This document shows positions 30,788 through 45,440 of a DNA stretch of 56,304 nt, in pieces. The stretch is from Sphingomonadaceae bacterium (lineage in GTDB: Bacteria > Pseudomonadota > Gammaproteobacteria > Burkholderiales > SG8-39), in assembly GCA_050257375.1 (NCBI GenBank), contig JBLMWT010000264.1, positions 1-56,304 of the forward strand, written 5' to 3'. Both the position numbers and the translations under genes were made by a program. The notes under the pieces were generated by a model. It was not told the DNA's origin. It made no database searches and was given only the letters and a program-made list of their open reading frames with translations. How positions within the stretch are numbered: position 1 is the stretch's first letter; each line of letters starts with the position of its first letter.

Positions 30788-31027
30788 TCAACTCGCCCTG
30801 AGGCGCGCGACGACGCCGTCCAGGCGCGCCTCGTACACTTCGCTGCGACCGTTCACGATGTCCCACAGCTCGTTGTCCGCCAGCTCCAGCAGCTCGCCCA
30901 GGTGCGCAAGCTCCTCGGCGTTTAGGCCGCCGGCATGACGCTGCACGAACCGCTCGAGCACCAGATCCAGCTCCAGCAGCCCGCGGCGGCATTTCCACTT
31001 CAGTCGATCGTGCGTCAGTCGATCCAT
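30788..31027 (-). CDS. sdhE: succinate dehydrogenase assembly factor SdhE
   Basis: [14 protein letters not shown] motif; located between sdhB and gltA. Confidence 0.92.
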   Translation of the reverse strand: MDRLTHDRLKWKCRRGLLELDLVLERFVQRHAGGLNAEELAHLGELLELADNELWDIVNGRSEVYEARLDGVVARLRAS

Positions 31028-31030
31028 CAA

Positions 31031-31726
31031 TCACACTGCGCGCCGGACCATGAGCTCCTTGATCTTTCCGATGGCCAGCGTCGGATTCAGGTTCTTGGGG
31101 CACGCGTCGACGCAATTCATGATCGTGTGGCAGCGGAACAGGCGGTACGGGTCCTCGAGGTTGTCGAGGCGCTCGGAAGTCGCCTGGTCGCGCGTGTCAG
31201 CGATGAAGCGATAGGCCTGCAGCAGCCCGGCCGGTCCGACGAATTTGTCCGGGTTCCACCAGAACGACGGGCACGAGGTCGAGCAGCAGGCGCACAGGAT
31301 GCACTCGTACAGGCCGTTGAGCTCCTCGCGCTCCTCCGGCGATTGCAGCCGCTCGCGCTCGGGCGGCGCATCGTGGTTGATCAAGTACGGCTTGATCGAG
31401 TGGTACTGATCGAAGAACTGCGTCATGTCGACGATCAAGTCGCGCACCACGGGCAGTCCGGGCAGCGGGCGCAGCACGACCCGCTCGGGCAGGTCGGCGA
31501 GCCGCGTGATGCACGCCAGGCCGTTCTTGCCGTTGATGTTCATCGCATCCGAGCCGCATACGCCCTCGCGGCAGGAGCGGCGGAACGACAGCGAGTCGTC
31601 CTGCGCCTTGATACGCACCAGCGCGTCCAGCAGCATGCGGTCGGTGGGCTCGAGGCTCACCTCGTAGTCCTGCATGCGCGGGCGCGCGTCCTTGTCCGGG
31701 TCGTAGCGGTAGATCGAGAAACGCAT
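31031..31726 (-). CDS. sdhB: succinate dehydrogenase Fe-S subunit
   Basis: RRSCREGVCGSD, CILCACCSTSCP, CHTIMNCVDACP; TGATG overlap with sdhA. Confidence 0.97.
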   Translation of the reverse strand: MRFSIYRYDPDKDARPRMQDYEVSLEPTDRMLLDALVRIKAQDDSLSFRRSCREGVCGSDAMNINGKNGLACITRLADLPERVVLRPLPGLPVVRDLIVDMTQFFDQYHSIKPYLINHDAPPERERLQSPEEREELNGLYECILCACCSTSCPSFWWNPDKFVGPAGLLQAYRFIADTRDQATSERLDNLEDPYRLFRCHTIMNCVDACPKNLNPTLAIGKIKELMVRRAV

Positions 31727-33501
31727 CAGTAGGTCCGTACCTTGGGCTCGAATGTATCGACGGAAAGCGGCTTCATGTGCACCGGCTTGTACTCCAGGCG
31801 GTTGCCCTCCTTGAACCACAGCGTGTGCTTGAGCCAGTTCTTGTCGTCGCGCTCGGGATAGTCCTCGCGCGCCTGCGCGCCGCGGCTCTCCTTCCTCGCC
31901 TCGGCCGACACGACCGTCGCCATCGCGGTCTCGACCAGGTTATCCAGCTCGAGCGCCTCGACGCGCGCGGTATTGAATACCTTGGACTTGTCCCCGATGA
32001 CGACGCGCTCGGCGCGGGCGGCGACGTCCTTGATCATCTTCACGCCTTCGACGAGCAGCTCGGGGAAGCGGAACACGCCGCAGTGCGCCTGCATCACCCT
32101 GCGCAGATCGTTGGCCACGTCCGCCGTGCGCTCGCCGCCCCCGGACCTGTCCAGCCGCGCTAGCCGTGCGAGCGGGCGCTCCGCGGCATCCTTGGGCAGG
32201 TCCTTGTGCGCGGCAGGCATGGCCCGGATATCGGCAATCGCCTGCTCGCCGGCTGATTTTCCGAACACCACCAGATCGAGCAGCGAGTTGGTGCCCAACC
32301 GGTTGGCGCCGTGCACCGAGACGCAGGAGCACTCGCCCACGGCGTACAGGCCGGGCACCACCGCTTCCGCAGTGCCGTCGCGCGGCGCCACCACCTGGCC
32401 GAGGTAGTTCGCGGGGATGCCTCCCATCTGGTAGTGCACGGTCGGCACCACCGGGATCGGCTCGCGCACCGGGTCGGCGTTGGCGAACTTGATGGCGATC
32501 TCGCGAATCCCGGGAAGCCGAAGGTTGATCACCTCCGGTCCGAGGTGATCGAGCTTGAGCAGCACGTGATCGCCCGCCGGGCCGCAGCCTCGGCCTTCCT
32601 TGATCTCGGTGGTCATGGCGCGCGACACCACGTCACGGCTGGCCAGATCCTTGGCGTTCGGCGCGTAGCGCTCCATGAAGCGCTCCCCGTCCTTGTTCAG
32701 CAGATATCCGCCCTCGCCGCGCACGCCTTCGGTGATCAGCACGCCCGCCCCGGCGACACCGGTGGGATGGAACTGCCAGAACTCCATGTCCTCGAGCGGA
32801 ATGCCGGCGCGCGCCGCCATGCCGAGCCCGTCGCCGGTGTTGATGAAGGCGTTGGTGCTCGCGGCGTAGATGCGCCCGGCGCCCCCGGTTGCGAGGATCG
32901 TCGCCTTGGCCTGCAGGATCATCGCCTCGCCGGTTTCCATTTCGAGCGCGGTCACGCCGAGCACCGCGCCCTCCGCGTCGCGCACCAGGTCGAGCGCCAT
33001 CCACTCGACCAGGAACTGCGTGCTCGCTTTGACGTTCTGCTGATACAGGGTATGCAGCATCGCGTGCCCCGTGCGGTCCGCGGCCGCGCAGGCGCGCATC
33101 GCCATCTTCGCGCTGCCGTAGTCCTGCGTGTGCCCGCCGAACGGGCGCTGGTAGATCTTGCCGTTCTCCAGACGGTCGAAGGGCATCCCCATATGCTCGA
33201 GCTCGATCACGACCTCGGTCGCGCGCCGGCACATGTACTCGATCGCGTCCTGGTCGCCGAGGTAGTCCGAGCCCTTGACCGTGTCGTACATGTGCCAGTG
33301 CCAGTGGTCCTCGGTCGAGTTGGCGAGCGGCGCCGCGATGCCCCCCTGGGCCGCCACCGTGTGCGAGCGCGTCGGGAACACCTTCGAGAGCACGGCGACC
33401 CTGAGGCCTGCGCGCGCGAGCTCGAGCGCCGCACGCATGCCCGAGCCGCCCGCCCCGACCACGATCGCATCGAATTTGCGCACTGCGAGCGACACGCTCA
33501 T
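31726..33501 (-). CDS. sdhA: succinate dehydrogenase flavoprotein
   Basis: [16 protein letters not shown] (FAD histidine), [17 protein letters not shown]. Confidence 0.97.
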   Translation of the reverse strand: MSVSLAVRKFDAIVVGAGGSGMRAALELARAGLRVAVLSKVFPTRSHTVAAQGGIAAPLANSTEDHWHWHMYDTVKGSDYLGDQDAIEYMCRRATEVVIELEHMGMPFDRLENGKIYQRPFGGHTQDYGSAKMAMRACAAADRTGHAMLHTLYQQNVKASTQFLVEWMALDLVRDAEGAVLGVTALEMETGEAMILQAKATILATGGAGRIYAASTNAFINTGDGLGMAARAGIPLEDMEFWQFHPTGVAGAGVLITEGVRGEGGYLLNKDGERFMERYAPNAKDLASRDVVSRAMTTEIKEGRGCGPAGDHVLLKLDHLGPEVINLRLPGIREIAIKFANADPVREPIPVVPTVHYQMGGIPANYLGQVVAPRDGTAEAVVPGLYAVGECSCVSVHGANRLGTNSLLDLVVFGKSAGEQAIADIRAMPAAHKDLPKDAAERPLARLARLDRSGGGERTADVANDLRRVMQAHCGVFRFPELLVEGVKMIKDVAARAERVVIGDKSKVFNTARVEALELDNLVETAMATVVSAEARKESRGAQAREDYPERDDKNWLKHTLWFKEGNRLEYKPVHMKPLSVDTFEPKVRTY

Positions 33502-33842
33502 CTCCAGAGTATTTGCACCGTCCAGCCGAGGTAGCCGGCGATCACGAGCAGCACCAGCACCTGCGCGCTCAGGCGCACGCCGGTCGGCTTGACGTAGTCC
33601 ATCAGGATGTCGCGCACCCCGACCCACATGTGCCAGGCGACGCTCGCCGCGAACAACAGCGTCGCCACGCGCATCCAGCCTTGCGCGAAGAAATCGCGCC
33701 ATACCGTGTAGCTGATCGGCTGGCCGAGCATCAGCACGACGACGATGATGGCGCTGTACACCGCCATCACCACGGCGGTGATGCGCTGGGCCAGCCAGTC
33801 GCGCAGTCCGTAATGCGCTCCGACGACGACGCGTTTCACCAT
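33498..33842 (-). CDS. sdhD: succinate dehydrogenase membrane anchor
   Basis: [20 protein letters not shown]...[13 protein letters not shown]. Confidence 0.94.
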   Translation of the reverse strand: MVKRVVVGAHYGLRDWLAQRITAVVMAVYSAIIVVVLMLGQPISYTVWRDFFAQGWMRVATLLFAASVAWHMWVGVRDILMDYVKPTGVRLSAQVLVLLVIAGYLGWTVQILWR

Positions 33843-34237
33843 AGGCGCGCCCCGAAGAAGGCGGTGAGCGCGAGGCTCGCGACGAGCACGGCGACCCCCG
33901 AGGCCCGCGCGCGCGCCTTGTCCACGCCCTTGTGCAGGTCGAGCAGCAGAAAGCGGATGCCCGCGCAGAAGTGATGGCAGTAAGCCCACACGAGCACCAG
34001 CAGCGCGAGCTTCACCGGGACGAGCGAAAGGTAGTGCCGCACGAATTCGAAGTCGCGCTCGGAGGCGAGACTGCGATCGAGCATGAACAGCAGCCACACG
34101 GTCGACACGAACAGCAGCGCACCGCTCGCGCGGTGCAGGATCGACACCCAACCGGCGAGCGGCAGGCGGATCTCGAACAGCAGCGCCGTGAGGCTGAGGT
34201 ACTTCGGACGGGGTTTCTTCGCGGCGCCGGCGGCCAT
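33836..34237 (-). CDS. sdhC: succinate dehydrogenase cytochrome b556 subunit
   Basis: [16 protein letters not shown]; [21 protein letters not shown] at 34271-34276 upstream. Confidence 0.94.
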   Translation of the reverse strand: MAAGAAKKPRPKYLSLTALLFEIRLPLAGWVSILHRASGALLFVSTVWLLFMLDRSLASERDFEFVRHYLSLVPVKLALLVLVWAYCHHFCAGIRFLLLDLHKGVDKARARASGVAVLVASLALTAFFGARLW

Positions 34238-34286
34238 GGGCCCTTCGATCCTGAATGGAGCTATCGGTCGATTATATCGCCGCGCT

Positions 34287-35009
34287 TCAGCCGAGCTCAC
34301 TGCGGTAGAAATAGCGATCCGTCTTGTACAGGCCGCGACGCCACTCCACCGGCCGGTCGCCATAGGTGTAGCTGAGGCGCTCGACCTCGAGCAACGCGTG
34401 CCCCGGCGCGACTGCGAGCAGCTCGGCGCTCGCCGCGTCCGCGTTGAGCGCCTTGAGCTTTTCCTCCGCGCGCACCATGCGGGTGCCGAACTGGGTTTCG
34501 AACAGATTGTAGAGCGCACCCTTGTGCTCGGTGATGGCGGCCGCAGTCAGTCCTTTGAACAGTCCGCCGGGCAGCCAGACTTCCTCGAGCACCACCGGAT
34601 CGCCGCCGAAGACGAGCAGCCGCTTGAGGACGATCACGCCGTCGCCGGCCTTGAGCTGCAGCGCGCGCGCGAGGTCGGCGCCCGCGCGCGCGCGCCGGAA
34701 ATCGAGCAACCGGCGCTCGGGCGCCGCGGGTTCGCCGCCGTCGGGGGTCAGGCGCAGGAAGCGGAAGCGCACCTGGCGTTCGCCGTGCGTGGCAACGAAA
34801 GTCCCTTTGCCCTGCCGCCGCACCAGCAGGTTCTCCGCGGCGAGCTCGTCGATCGCCTTGCGCACGGTCCCCTGGCTGACGCGAAAGCGCGCTGCAAGGT
34901 CGATTTCGCTCGGGATCGCATCTCCCGGACGCCACTCTCCGCCGCGCAACCCGTCGAGCAACAACTCCTTGATTTGCCTGTAGAGCGGACTGAACTTGGG
35001 CGAACTCAT
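34287..35009 (-). CDS. GntR/HutC-family regulator (SdhR-like)
   Basis: PLYRQIK..IPSEIDLA..VSQGTVRKA..QGKGTFV HTH plus a UTRA domain; sits between mdh and sdhC. Confidence 0.9.
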   Translation of the reverse strand: MSSPKFSPLYRQIKELLLDGLRGGEWRPGDAIPSEIDLAARFRVSQGTVRKAIDELAAENLLVRRQGKGTFVATHGERQVRFRFLRLTPDGGEPAAPERRLLDFRRARAGADLARALQLKAGDGVIVLKRLLVFGGDPVVLEEVWLPGGLFKGLTAAAITEHKGALYNLFETQFGTRMVRAEEKLKALNADAASAELLAVAPGHALLEVERLSYTYGDRPVEWRRGLYKTDRYFYRSELG

Positions 35010-35053
35010 GGCTTGCTATTGGAGCATAGTCGACGGATATCGTCTATCTTCTG

Positions 35054-35079
35054 TCTTATGTCTTATAAATGATATAAGA
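35054..35079. promoter_or_regulatory. SdhR-type operator (imperfect palindrome)
   Basis: TCTTATGTCTTAT|AAATGATATAAGA, 10 of 13 positions palindromic; resembles the TCTTATGTCTTATATAAGACATAAGA-type site I recall for betaproteobacterial sdh GntR regulators. Confidence 0.72.
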
Positions 35080-35083
35080 AGAA

Positions 35084-35112
35084 TTGACTTCGATTTCTGG
35101 GCCGCATACCAT
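35084..35112 (+). promoter_or_regulatory. sigma70 promoter for the mdh-prp operon
   Basis: TTGACT (35084-35089), 17 bp spacer, TACCAT (35107-35112), next to the operator. Confidence 0.7.
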
Positions 35113-35182
35113 GGCGGGCGGCCGCAGGGCGGCCGAAACCCCAGGACTTTTCACACTCGCGCAGCATTCACTCGGAGCTCTC

Positions 35183-36175
35183 ATGTCCAAAGCCCCCGTA
35201 CGCGTCGCCGTGACCGGTGCCGCCGGCCAGATCGGCTACAGCATTCTGTTTCGCATCGCCGCCGGCGAGATGCTCGGGAGGGACCAGCCCGTGATTCTGC
35301 AGCTGCTCGAGATCCCCGACGAGAAGGCGCAGAAGGCGCTGCGCGGCGTGATGATGGAACTCGACGACTGCGCCTTTCCGCTGCTGCACGGCATGCTGCC
35401 CGCCTCCGACCCGATGGTCGCCTTCCGCGACGCCGACGTCGCGCTGCTGATCGGCGCGCGCCCGCGCGGCCCCGGCATGGAAAGAAAGGACCTGCTCGAA
35501 GCGAACGGCAAGATCTTCGCGCCGCAGGGCAAGGCGCTCGACGCGGTGGCCAAGCGCGACGTCAAAGTGCTGGTGGTCGGCAACCCGGCCAACACCAACT
35601 GCCTGATCGCCATGAAGAACGCGCCGTCTCTGAAGCCGACGCAGTTTACGGCGATGATGCGCCTGGACCACAACCGCTCGCTCAGCCAGGTCGCCGCCAA
35701 GCTCGGCAAGCCGGTGACGACGGTGCGCAAGATGACGGTCTGGGGCAACCACTCCGCCACGCAGTACCCGGACGTGTTCCAGGCGGAATGCGAAGGCAAG
35801 AAGGCATGGCCGATGATCAACGATCAGGAATGGCTCGAAAAGACCTTCATCCCCACGGTGCAGAAGCGCGGCGCCGCGATCATCGAAGCGCGCGGGCTCT
35901 CGTCTGCGGCGAGCGCGGCGAGCGCGGCCATCGACCACGTGCGCGACTGGGTGCTCGGCACGCCTCAAGGCGACTGGGTGTCCATGGGTATTCCTTCGGA
36001 CGGCAGCTACGGCATCGCCGAGGGCGTGCTGTACGGAATGCCGGTGACCTGTCGCAGCGGAAAGATCGATATCGTGAAGGGCCTCGAGATCAGCGAGTTC
36101 AGCCGCAAGCGCATGGACGCCACTCTCAAGGAGCTGCACGAGGAGCGCGACGGTATCCGCCACCTGATCGGCTAG
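35183..36175 (+). CDS. mdh: malate dehydrogenase
   Basis: [54 protein letters not shown]. Confidence 0.97.
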   Translation: MSKAPVRVAVTGAAGQIGYSILFRIAAGEMLGRDQPVILQLLEIPDEKAQKALRGVMMELDDCAFPLLHGMLPASDPMVAFRDADVALLIGARPRGPGMERKDLLEANGKIFAPQGKALDAVAKRDVKVLVVGNPANTNCLIAMKNAPSLKPTQFTAMMRLDHNRSLSQVAAKLGKPVTTVRKMTVWGNHSATQYPDVFQAECEGKKAWPMINDQEWLEKTFIPTVQKRGAAIIEARGLSSAASAASAAIDHVRDWVLGTPQGDWVSMGIPSDGSYGIAEGVLYGMPVTCRSGKIDIVKGLEISEFSRKRMDATLKELHEERDGIRHLIG

Positions 36176-36185
36176 GAGAGACCCG

Positions 36186-37076
36186 ATGACGCAGGCCTCG
36201 GCCGGCGGGCGATTCCGCCAGGCGCTTAGAGAAGAATCCCCGCTGCAGGTGGTCGGCGCGATCTGCGCGTATCACGCGCTGCTCGCCAAGCGCTCGGGCT
36301 ACCGCGCGATCTATCTCTCCGGCGGCGGCGTCGCGGCCGGATCGCTCGGACTGCCAGATCTCGGCATTTCCAACCTGGACGACGTGCTGACCGACATCCG
36401 GCGCATCACCGACGTGTGCGACCTGCCGCTGCTCGTGGACGTCGACACCGGCTTCGGCGCGAGCGCCTTCAACGTCGCGCGCACCACCCGGTCGCTCGTC
36501 AAGTTCGGAGCGGCCGCGATGCACATCGAGGACCAGGTGGGCGCCAAGCGCTGCGGCCACCGCCCCGGCAAGGAGCTGGTGTCGCAGGACGAAATGTGCG
36601 ACCGCATCAAGGCGGCGGTCGACGCGCGCACGGACCGCGACTTCGTCGTCATGGCGCGCACCGACGCGCTGGCGAGCGAAGGCCTCGAGCGCGCGCTTGA
36701 GCGCGCGCGCGCCTACGTCGCGGCCGGCGCCGACATGGTGTTCCCCGAAGCGATCACCGAGCTCGCCATGTATCGCCGGTTCGTCGATGCGCTCAAGGTG
36801 CCGGTGCTCGCCAACATCACCGAATTCGGCAAGACGCCGCTGTTCACGCTCGACGAGCTGCGCTCGGCGGGCGTCGCGCTCGCGCTGTATCCGCTGTCCG
36901 CCTTCCGCGCCATGAACAAGGCCGCGCTGGGCGTCTATCAGACCCTGCGCCGCGAGGGCACGCAGAAGAACGTCGTCGCCACGATGCAGACGCGCGACGA
37001 GCTGTACGACTACCTCGGCTACCACGCCTACGAGCGCAAGCTCGACGAACTATTTGCCAGGGAGAAAACGTCATGA
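36186..37076 (+). CDS. prpB: 2-methylisocitrate lyase
   Basis: [39 protein letters not shown]. Confidence 0.96.
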   Translation: MTQASAGGRFRQALREESPLQVVGAICAYHALLAKRSGYRAIYLSGGGVAAGSLGLPDLGISNLDDVLTDIRRITDVCDLPLLVDVDTGFGASAFNVARTTRSLVKFGAAAMHIEDQVGAKRCGHRPGKELVSQDEMCDRIKAAVDARTDRDFVVMARTDALASEGLERALERARAYVAAGADMVFPEAITELAMYRRFVDALKVPVLANITEFGKTPLFTLDELRSAGVALALYPLSAFRAMNKAALGVYQTLRREGTQKNVVATMQTRDELYDYLGYHAYERKLDELFAREKTS

Positions 37077-38230
37077 GCGCAGAAATCGTCCAAGCGGCCC
37101 CGAAGCCGAAGAAGTCCGTCGCGCTGTCCGGCGTGCCGGCCGGCAACACCGCCCTGTGCACGGTCGGGCGCACCGGCAACGACCTGCACTACCGCGGCTA
37201 CGACATCCTCGAGTTCGCCGACCAGGCCGAGTTCGAGGAAGTCGCCTACCTGCTGGTGCACGGCAAACTGCCGAACGCCGCCGAGCTCGCCGCCTACAAG
37301 ACAAAGCTGCGCAGCCTGCGCGGCATTCCCGCGGCCGTGCAACGCATCCTCGAGGCGGTGCCGGCGAACACGCATCCGATGGACGTGATGCGCACCGCCT
37401 GCTCCGCGCTGGGCGCGCTGCTGCCCGAGCCGCACGACCACAAGCTCTCGGAGGCGCGCAATATCGCCGACCGGCTGATGGCGAGCTTCGGCTCGATGCT
37501 GCTTTACTGGTACCACTACTCGCACTCCGGCCGCAGGATCGATGTCGAGACCGACGACGATTCGATCGGCGGGCATTTCCTCCATCTGCTGCACGGCCGC
37601 AAGCCGAGCGAGCTGTGGGTGCGCGCGATGCACACTTCCCTCATCCTGTACGCCGAGCACGAGTTCAACGCTTCGACCTTCACCTGTCGCGTGATCGCGG
37701 GCACGGGATCGGACATGTACTCGGCGATCACCGGCGGCATCGGCGCGCTGAAAGGGCCCAAGCACGGCGGCGCCAACGAGTTCGCCTTCGACGTGATCGG
37801 CCGCTACGACACGCCGGGCGACGCCGAAGCGGACGTCGTGCGGCGCATCGCCGAGAAGCAGGTGATCATCGGCTTCGGCCACCCGGTGTACACGATCGCC
37901 GACCCGCGCAACCAGGTCATAAAAGAGGTCGCGCGGCGCCTGTCCAAGGACGCCGGCGACATGAAGCTGTTCGAGATTTCCGAGCGCATCGAGCAGGTCA
38001 TGCTGCGCGAGAAGAAGATGTTCGCCAACCTCGACTGGTACAGCGCTACCAGCTATCACATGATGGGCGTGCCGACGGCCATGTTTACGCCGCTGTTCGT
38101 CATCTCCCGCACCAGCGGCTGGTCGGCGCACGTCATCGAGCAGAGAATCGACGGCAAGATCATCCGGCCGAGCGCCAACTACACGGGCCCCGAGAACCAG
38201 AAGTGGGTGCCGCTCAAAGGAAGGAAGTAG
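37073..38230 (+). CDS. prpC: 2-methylcitrate synthase
   Basis: [58 protein letters not shown]. Confidence 0.95.
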   Translation: MSAEIVQAAPKPKKSVALSGVPAGNTALCTVGRTGNDLHYRGYDILEFADQAEFEEVAYLLVHGKLPNAAELAAYKTKLRSLRGIPAAVQRILEAVPANTHPMDVMRTACSALGALLPEPHDHKLSEARNIADRLMASFGSMLLYWYHYSHSGRRIDVETDDDSIGGHFLHLLHGRKPSELWVRAMHTSLILYAEHEFNASTFTCRVIAGTGSDMYSAITGGIGALKGPKHGGANEFAFDVIGRYDTPGDAEADVVRRIAEKQVIIGFGHPVYTIADPRNQVIKEVARRLSKDAGDMKLFEISERIEQVMLREKKMFANLDWYSATSYHMMGVPTAMFTPLFVISRTSGWSAHVIEQRIDGKIIRPSANYTGPENQKWVPLKGRK

Positions 38231-38233
38231 CCC

Positions 38234-38434
38234 ATGGCCCAGTACGAATCCGACCTCACGAAATTCATGCGCCAGTACCTCGCGCAACATCCGGAGGAGC
38301 TCGCCTCGCAAAAGAAAGGCCGCGCCGTGTGGTGGGACAAGACCCCGGACGAGCGCACGCCCCCTCCTCCCGCGAAGCCTGCCCTGCGCGCGGGCGGCGC
38401 GGAATACACCTTCAAGCTCACTTCCGACGCCTGA
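38234..38434 (+). CDS. DUF3460-like small protein
   Basis: [12 protein letters not shown]...[11 protein letters not shown]; 3 bp after prpC. Confidence 0.75.
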   Translation: MAQYESDLTKFMRQYLAQHPEELASQKKGRAVWWDKTPDERTPPPPAKPALRAGGAEYTFKLTSDA

Positions 38435-38441
38435 GCAGAAC

Positions 38442-39881
38442 ATGTCGAGCCATATCTCCAACGTCCGGCCCAAGCCCGACGAGGTCCTCACCCGGATCGC
38501 CGACTACGTCACCCGCTACAAGGTCACCAGCAAGGACGCCTACGAGACCGCGCGCTACTGCCTGATGGATACGCTCGGCTGCGGCTTCGAGGCGCTCGGC
38601 TATCCGGCCTGCACCAAGCTGCTCGGACCCGTCGTGCCCGGCACGGTGGTGCCGAACGGCGCCAAGGTGCCGGGCACGCAGTTCCAGCTCGACCCTGTGC
38701 AGGCGGCGTTCAACATCGGCGCGATGATCCGCTGGCTCGATTTCAACGACACATGGCTCGCCGCCGAATGGGGCCACCCGTCCGACAATCTCGGTGGCAT
38801 CCTCGCCGCGGCGGACTGGCTGTCGCGCACGCGGGAAGAGCCCGTAACCGTCAAGGATGTCCTGACGGCCATGATCAAAGCGCACGAAATCCAGGGGGTG
38901 CTCGCGCTCGAGAACAGCTTCAACAAGGTGGGCCTCGACCACGTCGTGCTGGTCAAGGTCGCGACCGCCGCCGTGGTCGCACACATGATCGGCTGCAACT
39001 ACGACGAGGTGGTGAACGCGGTGTCGCAGGCCTGGGTCGACGGCCAGTCGCTGCGCACTTACCGCCACGCGCCGAACACGGGCTCGAGGAAGAGCTGGGC
39101 GGCAGGCGATGCCACCAGCCGCGGCGTGCGTCTGGCGCTCATCTCGAAGACCGGCGAAATGGGCTATCCCTCGGCGCTCACCGCGAAGACCTGGGGCTTC
39201 TACGACGTCTCCTTCAAGGGCAAGCCCTTCAAGTTCCAGCGCCCGTTCGGCTCCTACGTGATGGAGAACGTGCTGTTCAAGATCTCCTACCCGGCCGAGT
39301 TCCACTCGCAGACTGCGGTGGAGAGCGCGATGGACATCCACGGCGAGCTGCAGCGGCTCGGCCGCAGCGCGGAAGACATCAAGAAGATCACCATCCGCAC
39401 CCACGAGGCCTGCATTCGCATCATCGACAAGAAGGGGCCGCTGAACAACCCCGCCGACCGGGACCACTGCATCCAGTACATGGTCGCGGTGCCGATCCTG
39501 TTCGGGCGGCTCACCGCCGCGGACTACGAGGACAGCGTCGCTGCGGACCCGCGCATCGACGCGCTGCGCGCCAAGATCAGCTGCGTCGAGGACAAGGGCT
39601 TCACGCGCGATTATCACGACCCGGACAAGCGCTCGATCGCCAACGCGCTGACGGTCGAGTTCAAGGACGGAAAGAAGCTCGGCGAGTTCGTGTGCGAATA
39701 CCCGATCGGCCACAAGCGCCGCCGCAAGGAGGGCATGCCCGTGCTGGTGGAGAAATTCAAACTGAACCTGGCGCGCCGGTTTCCCTCCAAGCAGCAGCAG
39801 GCCATTCTGGACGCCTGCATGAACCCGTCGCGCCTGCATGCAAGGCCGGTGAGCGACTTCGTGGACCTGTTCGTCATCTAG
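38442..39881 (+). CDS. prpD: 2-methylcitrate dehydratase
   Basis: [55 protein letters not shown]. Confidence 0.96.
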   Translation: MSSHISNVRPKPDEVLTRIADYVTRYKVTSKDAYETARYCLMDTLGCGFEALGYPACTKLLGPVVPGTVVPNGAKVPGTQFQLDPVQAAFNIGAMIRWLDFNDTWLAAEWGHPSDNLGGILAAADWLSRTREEPVTVKDVLTAMIKAHEIQGVLALENSFNKVGLDHVVLVKVATAAVVAHMIGCNYDEVVNAVSQAWVDGQSLRTYRHAPNTGSRKSWAAGDATSRGVRLALISKTGEMGYPSALTAKTWGFYDVSFKGKPFKFQRPFGSYVMENVLFKISYPAEFHSQTAVESAMDIHGELQRLGRSAEDIKKITIRTHEACIRIIDKKGPLNNPADRDHCIQYMVAVPILFGRLTAADYEDSVAADPRIDALRAKISCVEDKGFTRDYHDPDKRSIANALTVEFKDGKKLGEFVCEYPIGHKRRRKEGMPVLVEKFKLNLARRFPSKQQQAILDACMNPSRLHARPVSDFVDLFVI

Positions 39882-39889
39882 GAGACGCC

Positions 39890-40084
39890 ATGTCGATCGA
39901 GCTGCTCGAGCGACGCCTGGCCGAGCTTTCGGCCGAGGTGCGCAACTACCCCACCCCGATCGCGCGCTGCGACGAGCAGCTGCCCGCACTGATCGAGGAG
40001 CGCGCGCGGGTGCGCGAAGCGCTGGAGCGCGAGCTGCTGGCGCAATGCAAATGGCTCGGCGAAGGAGGCGCGCATGCCAACTGA
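39890..40084 (+). CDS. hypothetical 64-aa protein
   Basis: SD AGGAG plus ATG; MSIELLERRLAELSAEVRNYPTPIARCDEQL...; fills the gap between prpD and the thioredoxin gene. Confidence 0.65.
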   Translation: MSIELLERRLAELSAEVRNYPTPIARCDEQLPALIEERARVREALERELLAQCKWLGEGGAHAN

Positions 40085-40609
40085 GCTGCGCAGGTGGGCG
40101 CTCGTCGTCCTGTGCCTGCTGCTGCCGGCGGCGCACGCCGCGCCGCAGACGGCCTATCGCGACCCCATCGACTATTTCTTCCATCCGTTCCTCGGCGATC
40201 TGCGGGCCGAGGCCGCGGACGCGAAGAAGGCCGGCAAGCACGCGATCGTCGTGATGTACGAATTCGACGATTGCCCGTACTGCGCGCGCATGAAGCGCGA
40301 AGTGCTGTCGCGCCCCGACGTGCAGGAATACTACCGGCGCAACTTCCAGGTGTTCCAGATCGACACCAAGGGCGATCAGGAGATCACCGGTTTCGACGGC
40401 AAGAACACGATCGAGAAGGAATTCGCGCGCGCCGCAGACGTGCGGGCGACGCCCACCTTCGTGTTCTACGGCTTCGACGGCAAGCCGCTCGTCACCCGCG
40501 TCGGCGGGATCTACGACCCGCAGGAGTTCCTGTTGCTCGGCAAGTACGTCGCCAGCGGCGCCTACCGCTCGCAGACGTTCGCCGCGTTCCGCAAATCCCA
40601 GAAAGGCTC

Positions 40610-40613
<4 letters not shown>
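40074..40613 (+). CDS. exported thioredoxin-fold protein (SoxW-like)
   Basis: Signal peptide ending AHA; CPYC motif; VRATPTFVF cis-Pro loop; SD AAGGAGG. Confidence 0.85.
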
Positions 40614-43306
<2,693 letters not shown>

Positions 43307-43307
43307 T

Positions 43308-43675
<368 letters not shown>

Positions 43676-43676
<1 letters not shown>

Positions 43677-44332
43677 CAGGCGCCGGCCAACGCTCCTGCC
43701 GGACACGACACGCCGGTGCCGCCCAGGCCGCAGTAGCCGTTCGGGTTCTTGCCGAGATACTGCTGGTGATAGTCCTCGGCGTAGTAGAACTCGGGCGCAG
43801 TGCGGATCTCCGTCGTAACCGTGCCGTATCCCTTCTTGGACAGTTCTTGCTCGAAGATTTCCTTCGAACCAAGAGCCGCCTTTAGCTGCGACTCCCCGTA
43901 GGCGTAGATGGCCGAGCGGTACTGCGTGCCGAGGTCGTTGCCCTGGCGCATGCCCTGCGTCGGGTCGTGCCCTTCCCAGAAAACCTTGAGCAAGGCTTCG
44001 TACGAGACGTGCTTGGGATCGAAGACGACCAGCACCACCTCGGCGTGATTGGTGTGGCCGCTGCACACCTCCTCGTACGTCGGATTCGGCGTGCTGCCGC
44101 CGGCGTAGCCGACCGCGGTGGTGTATACGCCCGGTGTCTGCCAGAACAGGCGCTCGGCGCCCCAGAAGCAGCCCATGCCGAATACCGCCTGCTGCATGCC
44201 GGCGGGAAACGGCGGCTTGAGCGGATGACCGTTGACGAAGTGGCGCTCTGGCACGGACAGCGCGCTCGCGCGGCCGGGCAGCGTGCTGCCGTCAGGCAGC
44301 AGCGCCTTCAGCTTCTGACGGAACGAAAACAT
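43676..44332 (-). CDS. msrA: peptide-methionine (S)-S-oxide reductase
   Basis: [48 protein letters not shown]. Start MFSF with SD GGAGAGG. Confidence 0.96.
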
Positions 44333-44402
44333 GGGCCTCTCCATTGCATGCTGCGGTTGATTATTGTACGTTCGAGCGCTCCTCCCGGTGTCGAATTCCC
44401 GC

Positions 44403-45440
44403 ATGAAGATCTGTGTCTACGGAGCCGGCGCGGTCGGCGGCCTGCTGGCGGCATGGCTTTCCCGCGCCGGTCACGAAGTCTCTGTCGTCGCGCGCGGCGC
44501 CGCCCTCGAGGCGATCCGGCGCGACGGACTGCGCGTGCGCACGCGCGCGAGCGGCGAGCTCTTGGCCGCGCGCGTACGCGCCGAAAGCGACGCAGCGAGG
44601 CTCGGCGCCCAGGACTACGTGCTCGTCGCGGTGAAGGGCCACAGCCTGCCCGAGGTCGCGGTCGGCCTCGCACCCCTCCTCGGTCCCGACACCGGCATCG
44701 TGACGGCGATGAACGGCGTGCCGTGGTGGTTCTTCGACCGTCTGAAGTTCGGCCAGGGCAGGCTCCGCCTGGAGAGCCTCGATCCGGGCGGAGCGCTCGC
44801 GCGCGCGATGCCGACCGAGCGCATCGTCGGCTGCGTCGTGCACCTCGCCGCCTCCACGCCGGAGCCCGGGCTCGTGAGTCACAACATGGGCGCCAAGCTG
44901 ATCCTCGGCGAGCCGGGCGGCGCGAACGGCCCGCGCAGTCGACGCATCTGCGATGCCCTCGAGGGCGCAGGCTTCGAGGTCGTGCGCAGCGCCTTCATCG
45001 AGAAGGATTTCTGGGTCAAACTGCTCGGCAACGTAAGCTTCAATCCCGTCTCCGCGCTCACGCTCGCAACGGCCGACCACCTGATCGAGGACCCCTACGT
45101 GAAGGGCTACATGGTGGCGATCATGCGCGAAGTGCTCGAGATCGGGCGCAGGATCGGCGTCGACGCCGACATCGATCCGGAGGCGCGCATCGACATGGCG
45201 CGCGTGCTCGGGCCCTTCAAGACCTCGATGCTGCAGGACCTGGAAGCCGGCAAGATGCTCGAAGTGGACGGCTTGCTCGCCGGAACGCTCGAGATCGCGC
45301 GCCACGCGGGCCTGCCCGCGCCTTTCACCGAGAGCCTGATGGGCCTGATCCGCATGCGCGCCGCGGTGAGCGGGCAATACGCGCTCAATCGTCCCAGGCC
45401 TTCTCCGGAAGCGGCAAGCCCGCGAGGTCCTGCGCGCTGA
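44403..45440 (+). CDS. 2-dehydropantoate 2-reductase family protein
   Basis: [45 protein letters not shown]. Confidence 0.87.
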   Translation: MKICVYGAGAVGGLLAAWLSRAGHEVSVVARGAALEAIRRDGLRVRTRASGELLAARVRAESDAARLGAQDYVLVAVKGHSLPEVAVGLAPLLGPDTGIVTAMNGVPWWFFDRLKFGQGRLRLESLDPGGALARAMPTERIVGCVVHLAASTPEPGLVSHNMGAKLILGEPGGANGPRSRRICDALEGAGFEVVRSAFIEKDFWVKLLGNVSFNPVSALTLATADHLIEDPYVKGYMVAIMREVLEIGRRIGVDADIDPEARIDMARVLGPFKTSMLQDLEAGKMLEVDGLLAGTLEIARHAGLPAPFTESLMGLIRMRAAVSGQYALNRPRPSPEAASPRGPAR

